Source: Amoebidium appalachense
Lineage: Eukaryota > Protista > Ichthyosporea
Reading direction: 5' to 3'
Assembly: GCA_963693365.1 (NCBI GenBank)
Contig: CAVNZM010000004.1
Coordinates: 10,444,468-10,508,467, forward strand
Length of the DNA: 64,000 nt
Below are positions 13,407 to 33,099 of the stretch, in pieces. Each line of letters opens with the position of its first letter. The first letter of the stretch is position 1. The translations under genes and the position numbers were made by a program. Under the pieces are notes generated by a model. That model was not told where the DNA came from, searched no databases, and saw only the letters and a list, made by a program, of their open reading frames with translations.

Positions 13407-13458
<52 letters not shown>

Positions 13459-13561
13459 CGAACGCACGGTCGCACACACACCCGCGCGCCCGCCTGCACG
13501 CCTGCACGCCTGCACTACGTGGTGAAACAAAGTATTAGTTAGTAGGGTGTGTCACGGGGCA

Positions 13562-13599
<38 letters not shown>

Positions 13600-13930
13600 A
13601 TAGGCGGGCACGTGTGTGCGGCTGTGTTGACATTGGAAATCCAATAAATGAACATCTGTGTCCCAGCTTTGCGACCAACTGCACACGCTGCCACGAAAAC
13701 GAGGGGTGCAGGCGCAGCTTGCCTGAGCATAGACCGCAGGCCGCTTGATCGCATGAGCGACACCCGAGGGTTTGCTTTTGGCGCGATCGAATAACCGTCA
13801 CAAACCTCGGGTGTTTCTTCTGGCTGGAGTCGCGAGCAGAAAACATGAGAGGACACGAATGAAACAGTGGTGTAAACTATACCTTCCCGTTATTTTTCAT
13901 AGCACCCGCAGTGCAGGAAAATAGAAGCAG

Positions 13931-18228
<4,298 letters not shown>

Positions 18229-18411
18229 TTTGGCGATTGGCACCCCCTGTAGAGGGCGAATTTTCTGTTTGAAATTTCAACTGGTTGTTTCAGGGGTAGT
18301 ATGGACCTTGTGGTGCACGAGACGGGCCGGGGAGAGAGAGGAGGGAGGGGGCTCAGGAACGGACAGTTGCTCCTTTTTTTTTTTTTTGTTTTAGTTTCCT
18401 CCCGCTCCCCT

Positions 18412-18443
<32 letters not shown>

Positions 18444-18523
18444 AGGGGGGATTACGAAGACATTTTTGTATTTTTTGTATTGTATGTTGGTTTGTCCGGG
18501 AGTAAACAAGAGGGAGTTTTTTT

Positions 18524-18566
<43 letters not shown>

Positions 18567-19092
18567 CTTCTTTTCTTTCTTCTTTATGCTTTTTTCCTTT
18601 TTTTTGGGGGGGGGGGAAGGGGAGGGGGGGGGGTTGCATATTAGAAAGCTGTTGTTGAGCGAAAAGGTTAGATTTTGGACCATGGTTTATCCCTATCATT
18701 GAATGAATGTACCATGATAGAACAGTGTCGCTGTAGGCATGGAATATGTGTACACGTATGAAAGATTGGGCCGTGCCTTCGAGTTGCAGTTGTGCAGTTA
18801 CATGTAACTCTGGTGCCACCAACAATGGGGGGCTAGTTGAATGTTCTGAATTATCAAAATAAATGCAGCATGTTGAATCACATGCATCATCTCCGCCCTT
18901 GTGCGATGTTAGTTTATAGTTTAGGTTGCGAGTGTGTGTGGCAGCATATACATTTCCTGGTTATCTAGTTGATAGAATGACTGTAGAACTGTACTATGAT
19001 CGTATGAGATGATAGGGTCTGCATGCGCGCAGTGCCCGGCACGACACATAGCTACGCGATGTTGTCTCCCCTAGGAGGTTGGGTGGGTGGGT

Positions 19093-19138
<46 letters not shown>

Positions 19139-19591
19139 GGTACATCATGATACCACCTAGGCCAAAAGGTTGGTGCGCCAGTGTGCTTGCACTCTATTTG
19201 TATCTAATGGATTACAGTAAGTAATGGCCATACAATATGATGGGGGCTGTACCGACAGCTACTGGCATTACAGTTTCATAACAATTAGCTCTTGCGTTTC
19301 CATAGTGTTTCCATACATCCCCGAACACAACCACTGATCATGATATGGTGTATAGCTGCCTGGTTGTTATTTTTATGTCTACGACACGGTGAATAAATAC
19401 GGTTCTGTTACATTTGTGTATACTGCTATGTGACTGTGTCTTGGGGGTGGCAGGTGTCGAACGCAGGCAAAAGCATGTGTGACCCTGCATGCTAAATGCC
19501 GGATGGCAGTCACGTTGTGTGATTGGTGGAATATCACATATGTTCTCTATGGCTAAAAATAGCATGCATGCATTGCGTGATTGGAGGAATG

Positions 19592-20559
19592 TCACAGGTG
19601 GCACAGCAGCTCCGGGTTGGTCTCCATGATTCGGATGGACAGCCGGTCTATGTAGTCCTTCAGATCCTTATTCTCCCCCTGCAACTCTGCAACCCCCACA
19701 CCAATCGTAAGTCATGATCATGATATATTTTCAACCATTAGGGGTGATAACATCGTTACGAACTCAGCCAGTCCCAAAAACCATTATGCTGGTTGATTCT
19801 AATCGTTTGTTATCATTCCCAGCAAGGCGCCACACATACCATTACGTTCGGACAGTGGTGCAGAAAAGTGGCAAGAGAACTGGACACAAACGGGGGGGGG
19901 GGGGGGGGGAGGGGGGGGGGGGGGGGGGGGAGGGTGTATTTGCACGCTGCTTATGACATGTGACGAGGTGTCACGGACTGATCACTCGCTGTACATGTGG
20001 TCCGGATCCACACCACCACCGCACGGTAAAACTTACACAGCCACACACTCAGGTGGGCACACCCACCCGCCCGGCCACCTACAAGCACACACACACATAC
20101 ACCAAGCTATGTCGTATAAACCGTAAGTGGTTGTGTGCAGAAGTGCATATGTATCTGAAATCGAGAGCTTATGCAAATACAACCAAAGCGCTGGGGCCGT
20201 CAAGTTCCCTGTGTATTGCATCACTGTGCATTAACATTGAATGTGTGGGCGTCTGTGTGTGTCCGTGTGTGAGTGAGTGTGTGTTCGAGTATGTGTGTAC
20301 GTGCGAGTGTGCGCGTGCGTGGGTGTGTGTATGGGGGTGTGTTGGTGTGTGTGCATGCCATGCGTGCGTGGGTGCATGGTGTAGTGTTGAGGAATCCTAC
20401 TTTCTACTGTCTTCTGCAATGCCTTGATCTCGAGCTTGAGCTTTGTCGTAGACAAGTGGTCCTCCTCTTCTTTGCTCTCTGCTCGGGGCCTAACCTCCAG
20501 CCCTGCAGTCAGGGAGCTCATGCTGACGGCTGGTGCGGCCTCAACAGTCACAGGATTGG

Positions 20560-20617
<58 letters not shown>

Positions 20618-20805
20618 TTTTTTTTTGGTGCGTGTGTGTGTGTGTGTGTGTCTGTATGTGTGTGAGTGTGTGTGTGTGTGTGCGCGCGCGCGCGGCTCGC
20701 GCGTGCCCGCACGCACGTGCGTGCATGCTTGCATGTGTGTGTGTGTGGGGGGGGGGGGGGGGGGGGGGGGGGGGGTCGTGTTTGTTTAAGTGGGTGTGTG
20801 TGTAC

Positions 20806-20837
<32 letters not shown>

Positions 20838-21700
20838 CTAATTAAGGTTAAATAATTTGAGCTCTGCCAAAACGAGGTAGTCCCCCCCTCTCCCCTCTCC
20901 CCCCATCCTTTTCTCCCACTAGAGCCATTGTTCCTTTCTCGGTCACCCTTCACCACTTCCCCCTGGTATCTGATCAAGAGCAATACCTGCCACCGCTTCA
21001 TGAGACAAAACACATATTTAACCTCCTCCCCATTCCCTCCACCTTCATCCCAATGCCTGTATATACCTCCTGAATCCTGCATGTTTCCCCTCCTCCTCCC
21101 CCCCCCCCCTCCCCCCAATTCCCCCGTGCTCGTGAAACACTAAACCTCTCTGACTCCCCCCTTCTCCCCCCCCCCCCCCCTCCCCCCCCGGAGTCCCTCC
21201 TCTCCTCTTCCCCCTCCCATATGTTTCAAGATGCAGGAAAGTAGCTCACTCCCACACCCAAGCCCTATATCATTTGTTTTTCACGCACATATGGCCCTAT
21301 CTCCATCAAAGCCAGGGTACATACATTGAGATGAACACACCACAGGGGGTGGGGTTCTGGGCGGGTCTGGCATCTCAAATTCCTCGGCCGATCTCATTTT
21401 CAGCGGTTGGTTGTAAGTGTAGTCCACTAAGAGGGAAAAAAAGAAGGGAGGTGAGTGGGTCATAGCAGGTGCTACAGGTGGTCCTAAGGGCAGCAATGAT
21501 AACTGAACACAACGGAGAGGAAAGGGAAAGGTGGAAATGAGGGATGGAGGGAAGTTAGGGATATACCCACGGCTCACAGGCACGATGGGAAACATGAATT
21601 GTGTCTGGGTGTGTGTGCTCCTGGGGGAGAGGAGGGAAAGGAGAGGTTGAGTGAGTGAGTGAGTGTGTATCTATGCGTGTGTGTGGGAAGGGGGTGGGGG

Positions 21701-21742
<42 letters not shown>

Positions 21743-22005
21743 GCTGAAAGGCATCGTCACGTACCAATACTCCTGCCCATACCACCCGATTTTGTGGTCA
21801 CTATCACCGGCCCAGATGTGCCTCCCGGCCCGGGTTTGGTCACCACCTGCAAAATGACAAGCAGGGTTAAACATGGGCTGATGGATGGGTTGACCCCTCG
21901 AGATGGGGGAGGGGGGGGATGTATGCATAGAAGTTGTGTGTGTGTGTGGTTGGGGGGGGGGGGGGGGGAGGGGGGGAGGGGGGAGGGGGGGGGGGGGAGA
22001 GAGGC

Positions 22006-22067
<62 letters not shown>

Positions 22068-23457
22068 CAAAGTGAACGATAACAGACGACAAAACATTTC
22101 GGAAATTAAAACATATGCATGCACAAGGAACAGCCAATCAGACCCCACCTTCAGCAGGATTCTCATGTGAGAAGGGGGAAGGGAGGGGAGGGGAGGGGGG
22201 GGGGGGGGGGGGGGGGGATTTTGTATGCGTGACAGTAGACGAAGTACGCTTTAGGACGGGTGGGGAGCGGGGGGAGGAAGGGGGAAGGGGACGGACGTTA
22301 CTTCCAACAATGGCCATGATCACATATCGAATACATTTCACACGAGACCACATTGCCAAAGCTCGACATGTCTAGATAGAGTTAACATGCATGATGTGTT
22401 TCAGGGGTTTGGGGGTAGAAGGGGCATATGATGGCAAACCGTGTGCATGGGAGGGAGATACCATATACGAAAACATGTACCTTTATTGTTGACTCTGAGA
22501 CATAGGTCATCTCACTCAGGTTACAAGGTACCCCACATATGGATACCCCCACAATGTCGCTGGCATCCAGCCCTAGGTGCTGCCCTCGAATCGTCACCTT
22601 AATACCTCCCATGGCTGGTGGGGTGTGCATGCAATGCGTATGGCAGGGTGGCGAGGTAGCAGGGCAGCGGCGGCAACGGGGGGGGGGGGGGGGGGGGGGG
22701 GGGGTATAAGGAGAGGGGGAGTAGCGGAAGAGATGGTGAGAGAGAGAAGAGAGGGTGAGAGAGTGGGTGGGGCAGAGAGAGAGGGGAAAGAGCAGAGGAA
22801 GAGGGTGGGGAGGGGGGAAGAACTGATGGGTTGTGTTTTGGGTAGGCCGGGTTGAGGGTGGGGGTGGGGATGGGGGTGGGGTTGGGATTTGGTTAGATAG
22901 GTGTAGGGTTGGAGAGGTGGAGGGTGGGCGGTGGTGAAGGTGGGGGGGGGGGGGTGAGGGTCGGGTGGGGTGGTGGTGGTGGTGGTGTTGGGGGGGGGGA
23001 AGGGGGGGGGGGGGGGGGGAGGGAGATATGTGGGTGTGGGTATGGGTGAGTGTGTGTGTTGATGGGAATCTTGTGATAATGGGTAGGTCAATATGTGTAT
23101 CAGGCAGGCATTCACATTTCTAATCTCCTGCGGATTTCACCTTAAGAATCGTGAATGTGGGTACCACTCTGCGTGCACAACCAGGCTATTCTTGTAATTG
23201 CGAACATGTGCACATACACATTGATTTCGACCACCTTGTTGCATGCTAGAAAGGAGATATTCATGAATATCTATACCCTTTTCACTATCTCACAAAACAT
23301 ACCTGGGCCATTGTTTGGTGATATGCCACTGACTTCTGGCCCGGTGGCCGAGGGTTCTCCCTCTGGTGGGCTTGCTGCAGTGATGTGTGTGTTTGTGTGT
23401 GTGGTGTGTGTGTGTGTGTGCGTGCGTGCATGCGTGCGTGAGTGCGTGCGTGCGTGC

Positions 23458-23490
<33 letters not shown>

Positions 23491-23498
23491 TGTGTGTG

Positions 23499-23550
<52 letters not shown>

Positions 23551-24865
23551 TATGTGTGCGTGCATGTGTTGATGCATGTGTATGTGAGCACCCACATATC
23601 AGTGTCTGTTTTCTGAGCACACGCACATCGATGCCCGCCAAGAACACTTGTGTTTGCCCATGCAGGGGTGTTGCCGGATGCCACGATCCGAAAAGTTAAA
23701 AATTGAGTGATACTCGGTTGCTCTAATGTGGAGTCTCTAATTAAAAATAGGGACTCAGTACAGACAGCCCCTGGTTATGTGCATCCACAGGAGCACCGTA
23801 TGCGGTGTAGCCATTATGGCTCATGTGCCTTTCTGCCCATACAAACCAAGTGGTATCAACACACAAACACAGATATCTGTTCCGACCTCCCCCCGTTCCC
23901 CCCCCCCCCCCCCCCTCCCCCCCCCCCCCCCGGTTCCCCCCCTCCCCCCTCCCCCCCCCCGTCTATCATAACTTCCTCCGTCTACTCCTGTCTCCTCCGT
24001 TCCAACCATCCTCCCCGTGGCTACAATGATGGATGATGGAAACGTCAAAGTCTCCCCTTTAAACGAAAGGGGGAGGAAAGAGGAGGCGGGGAGGCACGGT
24101 GGGTGGGTGGGGGGGGGGGGGGGGGGAGAAGGGGGGGGGGGGGGGGGGGGGGGAGGCGGGATGGTCGCGCAGGGTAATGGCAGCCATCTAGGTGGTAGCA
24201 CACGTACCTGGGTCGTAGTATGTGAACTTTGCATCACTCTGGGCCTTGCCTGCCCCTGCCACCTTAAGCTCAATCTGTAAAAAAGGAATGTTGTTATCAC
24301 AATTGTACTCGCTCCTCCTGTTATGGGCAGGGCGGGGTGAAAGGGGAAGGTGGGGTTGGAGAAGAGCCGAAAGGGGGGGGGGGGGGGGGGGGGGGGGTTT
24401 GGCTGTAGAGGCTGGGGGAGGGGGGGGGGGGGGGGGATATAACTTGAAAGGCACTGCCTGCTTGTGTGGCAGGGGGGTGTGACGCTGTGTGTATATTAAT
24501 GAGAGCAGCCACACGTTGTATGCAGCCATCCATTACTCTGTGTACACTTAGATGGAGCAGCTCCCCCCTCCCCCCTCCCCTCTTCCTCCCCTCCCCTCTC
24601 CTCCCCGCATCCAACTCCCCCCCCCCCCCCCCCCCCCCCCAAACACCCACCCTTCAACCTCATCTCCAACCCCGCCCCTTAGCAGAAACAAATCGATGCA
24701 GGCAAAAAAAGCAGAAACCCCCAGAGCAAAGTATGCATTAGCCAAGGTAATACACACCTGGTGCGAGCCTTTACCCTTTGGCGTCACGGCCACAATCGTG
24801 GTGGGGGATTTCCATTGGATGTTCTCCAGACTGCACGAATGGTCTGTGCGGAGGGTGGAGGACGG

Positions 24866-24902
<37 letters not shown>

Positions 24903-25037
24903 AAGAGAGGTAATAGAGAGAAGGAGGTAAAAGAGAGACTATTAAGGGGAAAAGCGAGAGAGAGAGAGTGTGTGTGTTTGTGCGTGTGTGTATGCGTGTG
25001 TGTGTGTTTGTGTGTGTCTATGCGTGCGTGCGTGAGC

Positions 25038-25113
<76 letters not shown>

Positions 25114-25398
25114 ACGTGCAGGCGTACGTGTGTGTGTGTGTGTGTGCATGCACAACACACATTAGCGCATATCATTCGCGACTGAGAGGGCAAAGCTTAT
25201 TTGGCAAAAAAGGCACACCCAAAGAGCATGAACCAATTTTGAAATGCATACTTTTTCTTCATGGGGGGCCCAAGTCACCCCCAGTAAAGAAGTTTAGCTA
25301 ACCCGGGGAATTGCATTGCATGTTAGACCCAACTAACACTGCTTACCGCCTATACTGGTGGGTCATAGGTCGGGGGTGGAGGCGGTGTTTTTCAAGTT

Positions 25399-25459
<61 letters not shown>

Positions 25460-26446
25460 CGGGGGGAGGGGGGGGAGCACCTCCTATGTGGAGTCTGATT
25501 ATGTCCTCTGCACAGGCTCCAAAGTTTTCACCTGCAGTTATAAGTGTAAAGACACAGACAATGCCAAACGCAGGTATCGGGATAAAATGGGTCTGCACAT
25601 TTATTTAGTGAATCAAAAAAAGGCTCCTGCTATTTTGCTGTTATCCTTGCCCTTGATTTTTTTTGGGGAAGGGGTACATCCTATTCAATTCTGGTGAAAT
25701 GCAATAGAATGACTATGAGTTGGTATTAGAGGGCTAACAGCCCTGTAGTGAGCAATTTCCTTTCAAAGTTGGATATATTTACGCCAGAAGTTCAAATTCA
25801 TTGATCGGCAAAGAGCCGTGATATGATATCTGCAATATCCGGGACATTACGGACTGGTGCTACTTACCCGTTATTGTAATTTCTGTCCCGCCTTCCTCTG
25901 AGCCCCTCTGCGGTGTGAAACTGTAGGGGATGTGGGCAACAGGTTAGAGACTTAACATTATATCATACAACTAACAGCCATCCTCCCCTCCCCCCCCCCC
26001 CCCCCCTTCCCCCCGATGTCATGCTGTGGCTATTCCATGCTCTTGCTCTTCTTCCTGTCTTGCTGGGAACGAGGGAAGCCGACATACATTGGCTGGTAGT
26101 ATTTGTGCTGTGTACATAAATAGGAGATTGAGGTTCAGGTGGCTGTATTTGTGCCCGTGCCCGTGAAAATGACTGACAGGCGTGTAGTTGTACGACTTCG
26201 TGCAATTCTTATGCCATATTACGGTCGAGATTCGGACGAACTATTGGCTGATGCAAACGTGTGATTTGAACAGGTGTGCGGAAATGGTTGGGCTGTCAGA
26301 GGGACTACTCGACCTGGTGATGATGGGTTTCTCCAGGAGATCACTCTGGCTGAGGTTTGGCACTGCAGTGGTGCTCCTGCACGTGTGTGTGTGCGTGTGT
26401 GTGTGTGTGTGCGTGTGTGTGTGCGTGTGTGTGTGTGCATGTGCCA

Positions 26447-26517
<71 letters not shown>

Positions 26518-26682
26518 CATGCAGGCGTGCGTGCGTGCGTGCGCGTGTGTGGGGTGCAGTGAGCATGTGCGTGATGTGTGTGTTGTGTGTGTGTGTATGT
26601 ATCTGTGTGTGTGTGTGTGTGGGTGAGTGGGTGAGTGCGCACATGCGTGATATGTGTGCGTGTGTGGACGTGGTCGTGCGCC

Positions 26683-26714
<32 letters not shown>

Positions 26715-26721
26715 CGCATAT

Positions 26722-26802
<81 letters not shown>

Positions 26803-29800
26803 TGAATATGTGCGGAATGTGTGGAGACGTGTGTGCGCCAGTGTGTAGGTGTGGTTACATACTACGAGTGTCCATATGTGCATATGCATGTCAATATTTG
26901 AGCTTGTGTATATGTGTGCATGCTCACGAGAGCACCGGTCTACACCAGCTCATCAGGGAATAAGCAAACGAGACATACAAAAAGAGTTTTGGTACAAGAA
27001 TGGATGGAGTTGTGTGGATGTACCCGCCACACAGAGCAATCCAGCAAACTGAAACAATGTTTCTAAACAGCCGAGCTACACATAAAAATTGTGAACTTGC
27101 ACGTGTATGGTGGTAACAAAAGAGCAACGAAAGGCGCATACGCACGTACAGGTATGATGGCATACGGCTCATAGAGCACGAAATTCTGGGGGTGGGGCGG
27201 AACAGGGAGTGTTAATGCAGAAATTCCTGATGAAACATGTACAAATCCGAGCACACGAAGTATGCGAAGGAGGAATGCAAGGGATTGCTTTTAGGTGGTG
27301 CAGGAGAGAAAGGAGGGTAAGTGGATTAGTGTGGGTGTGTACTGGATAGGGGGTTGTGGAGAGCTATTGTGGGGTAGGTGGGTGGGGGGGGAGGGTGGGG
27401 GGAGGAGAGGGGAGCGGAGTAAGAAAGGGGGGAAGGAGAGAGAGAGGGGAGGGGAGGAGAGGGGGTAAGGGCGGAGGGGGGGGGGGAGGATGAAGGTGTT
27501 ACTTTGATAGGAATGGGCCGCGCATTATCTGGCCAAGCTCACTGACAATGGATATTCGCCTGCCGGTGCTGGGTCTGGAAATAATCCGGCTGCATTAGTG
27601 CCTTATTTCTGGTACACGAGTATACACGTGCATCTTCAGTGGGTAAGTTTTGAGGGGAATTGTGTTTTCTCTTTGTTTACGTGGCAATTTGGGTTGTGTG
27701 ATGGTATTCCGATTGTTGTGGTTGGTGTGTGGTGTGGTGTAAGTGATTGCAGTGGTGGTTGTATTGTAAGAAGAAGAAGGGAAAGGGGGACGGAAGGGGG
27801 GGTCGTGGGGGCTGTTTCAAAGAAGTTTGCCCGTGTCGCTGTAAGATGTGCTAGAGACAAGGACATACACAATATGGAGGTTCACGGGCAGGTTTTCATA
27901 CATCAGCACAAGGCAGACGTGTCCAAATGTAAGCATGTGAATACACACAGAGAGAGAGACACCCACACAAGCACACACATACACACACATCCACCACAAC
28001 CACCACCATCACACATGCAAATACACACAAATACACCCAAAACCCCTCCTCCCCCCTTCCTCTCCCCCCCCCCCTCCCCCCCCCCCCCTCTCCCCCACCC
28101 TACACACACACACACACACATCCCTGGTACTTACGAATTTGTTGTTGATCCCCCTCCAGCCGGCATCCCGTCACTTCCCGCCATATCCAAGTCATCATGA
28201 CCCTCCAGAAGCCCGGAATTCGACCCACTACCCAAATGATTAGATTCCTTATTGGTGTCAAAAATCATGGACAGCCTTTGCCGTTGCTTGGGTTGGGGCG
28301 ATGACGACATTGCAGGCGATAAAGTATTGGCAGGAAGAGGGCCTGACAGTGAGCTAATAGGAGGAGCTGTTGCCGTTGGGGACGGAAGGGACGCTGCTGA
28401 TTGGTTGGCCGAGCCACCACCAGCAATGATCTCTTTGAGGGATGTCATGTTGAAGTTCAGATGGCCTAGCAGGTTATGTGCTGGGGTCAGTTTTCAGGCG
28501 ACACAAATATCTTTTTTTTTTTTTTTTTTTGATGTGAACCTTTCTATTTAAGGTCTTATTCAGTACCGCTGCCTAGTGGCGGGGACACAAAAATCATGGG
28601 GTCATGGCTTGGTTTAGACACGTTCACTCTCGGCCTTCTTTACATGATAATGGGTGCCCAAATGCAGGCTTGTGGAACGTCTTTACTCGCTGAGACAGTT
28701 CTATGGGGTTAACATTAAGGGAGGAGGGGAGGATGTTGCGCGAGTATGTGGGGTGGGAGTGAGATGTGGATATGGATGGGGTAACGAGAAAAGAGGGGAT
28801 GTCTACAAGAAACTCACGAGGGATATTGGGTGTGAACCCGAAGGGATCGAAGGATGGAGGGGGAACCGGTGGGGGGGATATCTTTTCGTTTCCTTTCCTT
28901 TCTTTTTTTTTTGTTCTCTGGGGGGGAGGTTGGGGGGGGGGGGGGAAGGGGGGGGGGGGGGGGGAGGAGGGGGGGGCAGAGAGGGAAAGAATTTGAGCAG
29001 GAGGTGGGAAAAAAGAGGGAAATCCATACTGCTTTTTGACCGTTTGACGCTGTTCTTGCCCTCCACAGACAGGCTTGCATCAGTGGTTGGGGCTGGCGGC
29101 TTGGCGGTATGGCTGCTCCAGGCATCAAAGCAGAGCTCACCCACACCTATAAGTAGAGGGGATTATCAGTATGTGTGTGTGTGCACGCGCTGGGACGGAG
29201 GAAAGGGGGGGGGGGGGGGAGGGGGGGTCACTATACAACGAAACTGGGGAAGGATGGCCAAGCAAGAAATGGAAGATAATATAATGAAGGTATATCACAC
29301 TCGTTACTGCATGGAATTTTTGCATCCTAACTAGTCCCCGGCCCAATATGCAGCGGCACCCATTATGTATGCATGTATGTAGCAGTATTGGCCTTATGGC
29401 ACTGAAAGTTCTTGTTAATGTAAGGCTAACCAGAGAAGTTCTTCATTCCAAAACCACATAGCATCACCAACACACACAAGAAATGTTGTAGGGTGCACTG
29501 GGGCAATATCATGCTTGTAGCAGTGTTGGGTGTAGGAGCAAGCTGGAGGTGGCGAGTTTGGAGGCTGGGAAAGGTGAGTGTGTGGGAGCAGGGGAAGGGG
29601 AGGGAGGGAGGGCGGGGCAGGGGGGGGGGGGGGGGGGGGGGGCTTACCTTCGCCCTTTTTATTTAGCAGCTGACGCCATTGCTTGCCTGGTTGGGTGGAT
29701 ATCAGTTTACTGTTTCAAAAAAGTACAATTGCAAAATGTCTGCTTCAGTGACAAGTAGAATTATTTTAAAAACCTCTGAATGGCAAGTGCTTTGCATCAG

Positions 29801-31341
29801 GAACATGCTGAAAATCCCTCGGGTTACTTGAATGATTGGAGGGATGGGTTTTTCGCCGGCTGATGATGACGGTCGTGGTAGGTGGGGTGTGTGATTCTGT
29901 GCGTGTGTGTTGAAGGGGAAGGGAGAGGGGGGGGATGGGGGTGGTGGTGGTGGTGGTGGTGGTGGGTGGGGGGAGCGAAGGGAGGGACACTGGCCGACTA
30001 CACAACTACGAACACGGTGAGGTATATAAAATGGCACGTGCAAAACAAGTGCATAAAGCTCTTGCAGAATCACAACATGATGGCCATCCCCCAGGTCATC
30101 CGGCAGTATCCGATTCTTGACACATTGTTCTAAAACACGAGGTGTTGCAAGGGGAATGGACTGGTGGGGCTGGGGTAGTGGAGGGAGAGGATATGTGGGA
30201 AGAGGAGGTGACGGAAGGGGGCAGGTGCGGGCAGGGCCGGGGGAACGGGACCCGAGGGGGGGGGGGGGGGGAGGGGAGGTGATGGGGTGGGAAGGGAGAG
30301 GGGGGGTGGGGGGAGGGGAGGGGGGCAGGGGGGCAGGGGACGGAAGGGGGGGGGGGGGGGAGAGGGGCAACAAACCTCCAGGCCGGGTGGATAGGTCTGT
30401 GACTGGGACAGAAACAGCACCCAGGGTCTCACTGCCCTCCCGTACCTTCAGTTCAAGCACGTCCTCTGCTTTCTTGACCTCCCTGTGTGTGAAGAAAACG
30501 GGGGAGCGGAGAAGAGGGGAGGGGGTGGGGGGGGGGGGAGGGGGGGGGGGGGGGGGGGGAGGTTTGGAGTGATTACAATGGGTTACAGGGTACGAAAAAC
30601 ACATTGAAGACAGCATACACAAGGCAGAACTTGAAAAGCACACACAGAGAGAATAAGTCTTAAGATAAGCAGAGCGCATGTGTGTATGTGGTGAAATGTT
30701 GTGTGGGCCACAGTAGTTGTGGATCAATTGTTAAAGGGGCGCAGAATGGTGCACAGGCAGCAACATGCATCAGGGTCGGAAAAACGGGGAGGGGGGGCCG
30801 GGGGGGGGGGGTGAGAGGAGGAGGGCCAGTGATTAGCAGATGTAAACGTAGATGCAGAAATTTGCATGAATGGTGAGGGGACTCGATGGGGGTTAAATGG
30901 GTTGGGCATATCAGCTAGTGTGACTTTGCATGTCTCTGTCAATGGCTTAACGAAACGAGCGCAGTATTCTACTCCTATGTGTGAGTGTGTGAGCCTGTTA
31001 CCCTCTTTCAGGCTCCGACGGAATCTCAGACTCAGAATCGGATGCCGGGCTAAGCCCAGACTGCCTGGGGAGTGTGGGTCCACAGGGTATTGACACCTCT
31101 CATACAGCCACTAGTTGATCGGCAATTGGGCACGTGTTTGATAGATGCGCAGACAATTGCGATTGGCTTGGCACTACACGTGCCAGGCTGAGCTACTAGT
31201 CAGCTTACACTGTATAAACCACCATCCTTTTGCCAAGTTCGTGGTTTTTGATTGTCCCAAGGCTGTCTGCCAGGCGGGTGTGTTGGGGTTGTCGCCGCAT
31301 TGGGGGGAGGGGGCGCGGCGGCGGCGGCGGTGGGGGGGGGG

Positions 31342-31373
<32 letters not shown>

Positions 31374-31962
31374 GCGCGGGGGAGGGGGGGGGGGGGGGGG
31401 AGGAGAAGGGGAGGGGATGGGGAAGGGGAGTTGGGAGGGGGGGGGGAGAGGGGGGGGAGGGGATGAGCGTACAGTTCGCACTGTTCATTCCATTCTGGGA
31501 AGATGGTGCGCTGGGTGGATGCTGCTGTACGGAACTTATCCTTGCCGAGGATGATGGTCACATATGCATTCGGGCCTATAGGGAGGAGGCAAGGCTTAGA
31601 GCCGGTTTGCATAATGAAAGAAGACCGGGAAAGTAAGGCTATGGTGATGGTGGTAATAGCGAGGTAATTTTTCTTCTTTTGTGTGCGTGTGTGCATGGGA
31701 GGGGGGGGGGGGGGAGGGGGGGGGGGGGGCAGCACGTATTACAAAACACACGGAAAAGCCAAGAAGACGTTGCAGAAATGAGTACGGTTATGGATGCATC
31801 TGTGAGGCACACTATGAGTCGAAGTGAAGTTTAAGATTCGATATAACCGGCAATCATTCTTGTGAGTGTGCACGGGAGTGTGGTTGAATACCTGGGGCTG
31901 TGTGCGTGCACTTGCACACACACACACAAACACCCCCACATGTGTGTGCACGCGCAAACACA

Positions 31963-32023
<61 letters not shown>

Positions 32024-33068
32024 GCGCGCACGCGCGCTTTCTCTCTCTCTCTTGCTTTCTCTTCCCCTCCCTCTCTCTCCTCCCCCCGGCCTCTCTCTCT
32101 GTCTCCCTCCCCACCCCCCCACCCCCCCCTCTCTATGTATATATATTATATCTCTTTCCCCCACCGTGGCCCACAAAACACACACACACACACACAAACA
32201 CATACACCTTGGCTCGCATGCACACACACAGAGAGAGAGAAACACACACAGAGAGAACTATGCCCTCCTGGGGTGATTCGTCTATCTGCCCACCACCAGC
32301 CTTCACTATGTATACGTAGCACATGTGTATATACATTTTGTAACAGTTCGCGCATACTCGGCCCTCACGCTACAGTGTACAAGATCTGACGGGCACATAC
32401 AGACTGCATTCTTGCTTATATACACACACCCGTACATATGCAAGCACATACCGTATGTGATTCACCAGACACTGACAGAAAAAGATGCAAGCATGTAGGG
32501 AAGCACACTGGTGTCCTCCTGCGCTGTTGCACAGTGTCATACTAAATGGAGCACAAAGGCACACATGCAACAAGGTCAAATAGAAAACACACAACTACAC
32601 GCCGCAGGACACGCACAATCACACACATCACACGTGTACACAGCCAGACACACGCCAAACTCACCGTCCTTGTTCTTGGATACCAGGTGACGGGCAGAAA
32701 ACACTGCATAGGTAAACGTTCAGGATTATTACCTATTTCTAGGCCAGTAGAGGTGTGCATCCATCTAAGGAGCTACTTTCACACCGAGTGCATTGCTTTT
32801 GTTCTGTTTAGTTCAAGCTGAGCACAAACAAGTACACATACGGCAGCACACAATCACACGCATCAACGAGCACACATGCAAATGACTCGTTCTTTTCGTG
32901 CATATCGGGAATCAGCCATCATTTTTTTATCTCCCTTTCTCACAGACTCCCAACCACAGTATCCTCCCTTACACCCCTCCCCCCCCCCCCCCCCCCCCCC
33001 CCCCCACCACCTCTAACAATCCCTCGCCCCCTTCCCCCCCCCCCCCCCCCCCCCCCCCCTCCCCCAGC

Positions 33069-33099
<31 letters not shown>

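Noticed and set aside
21765-23374. Calling the minus-strand gene EXOC2/Sec5
   Set aside because: Only the IPT module resembles Sec5. No helical Sec5 body follows, and the gene has C2 and FIP-RBD ends.
31012-31086. Antisense exon-like segment (AG..GT, 75 nt, [12 protein letters not shown]) inside a FIP intron
   Set aside because: No partner exons were found; it could easily arise by chance.
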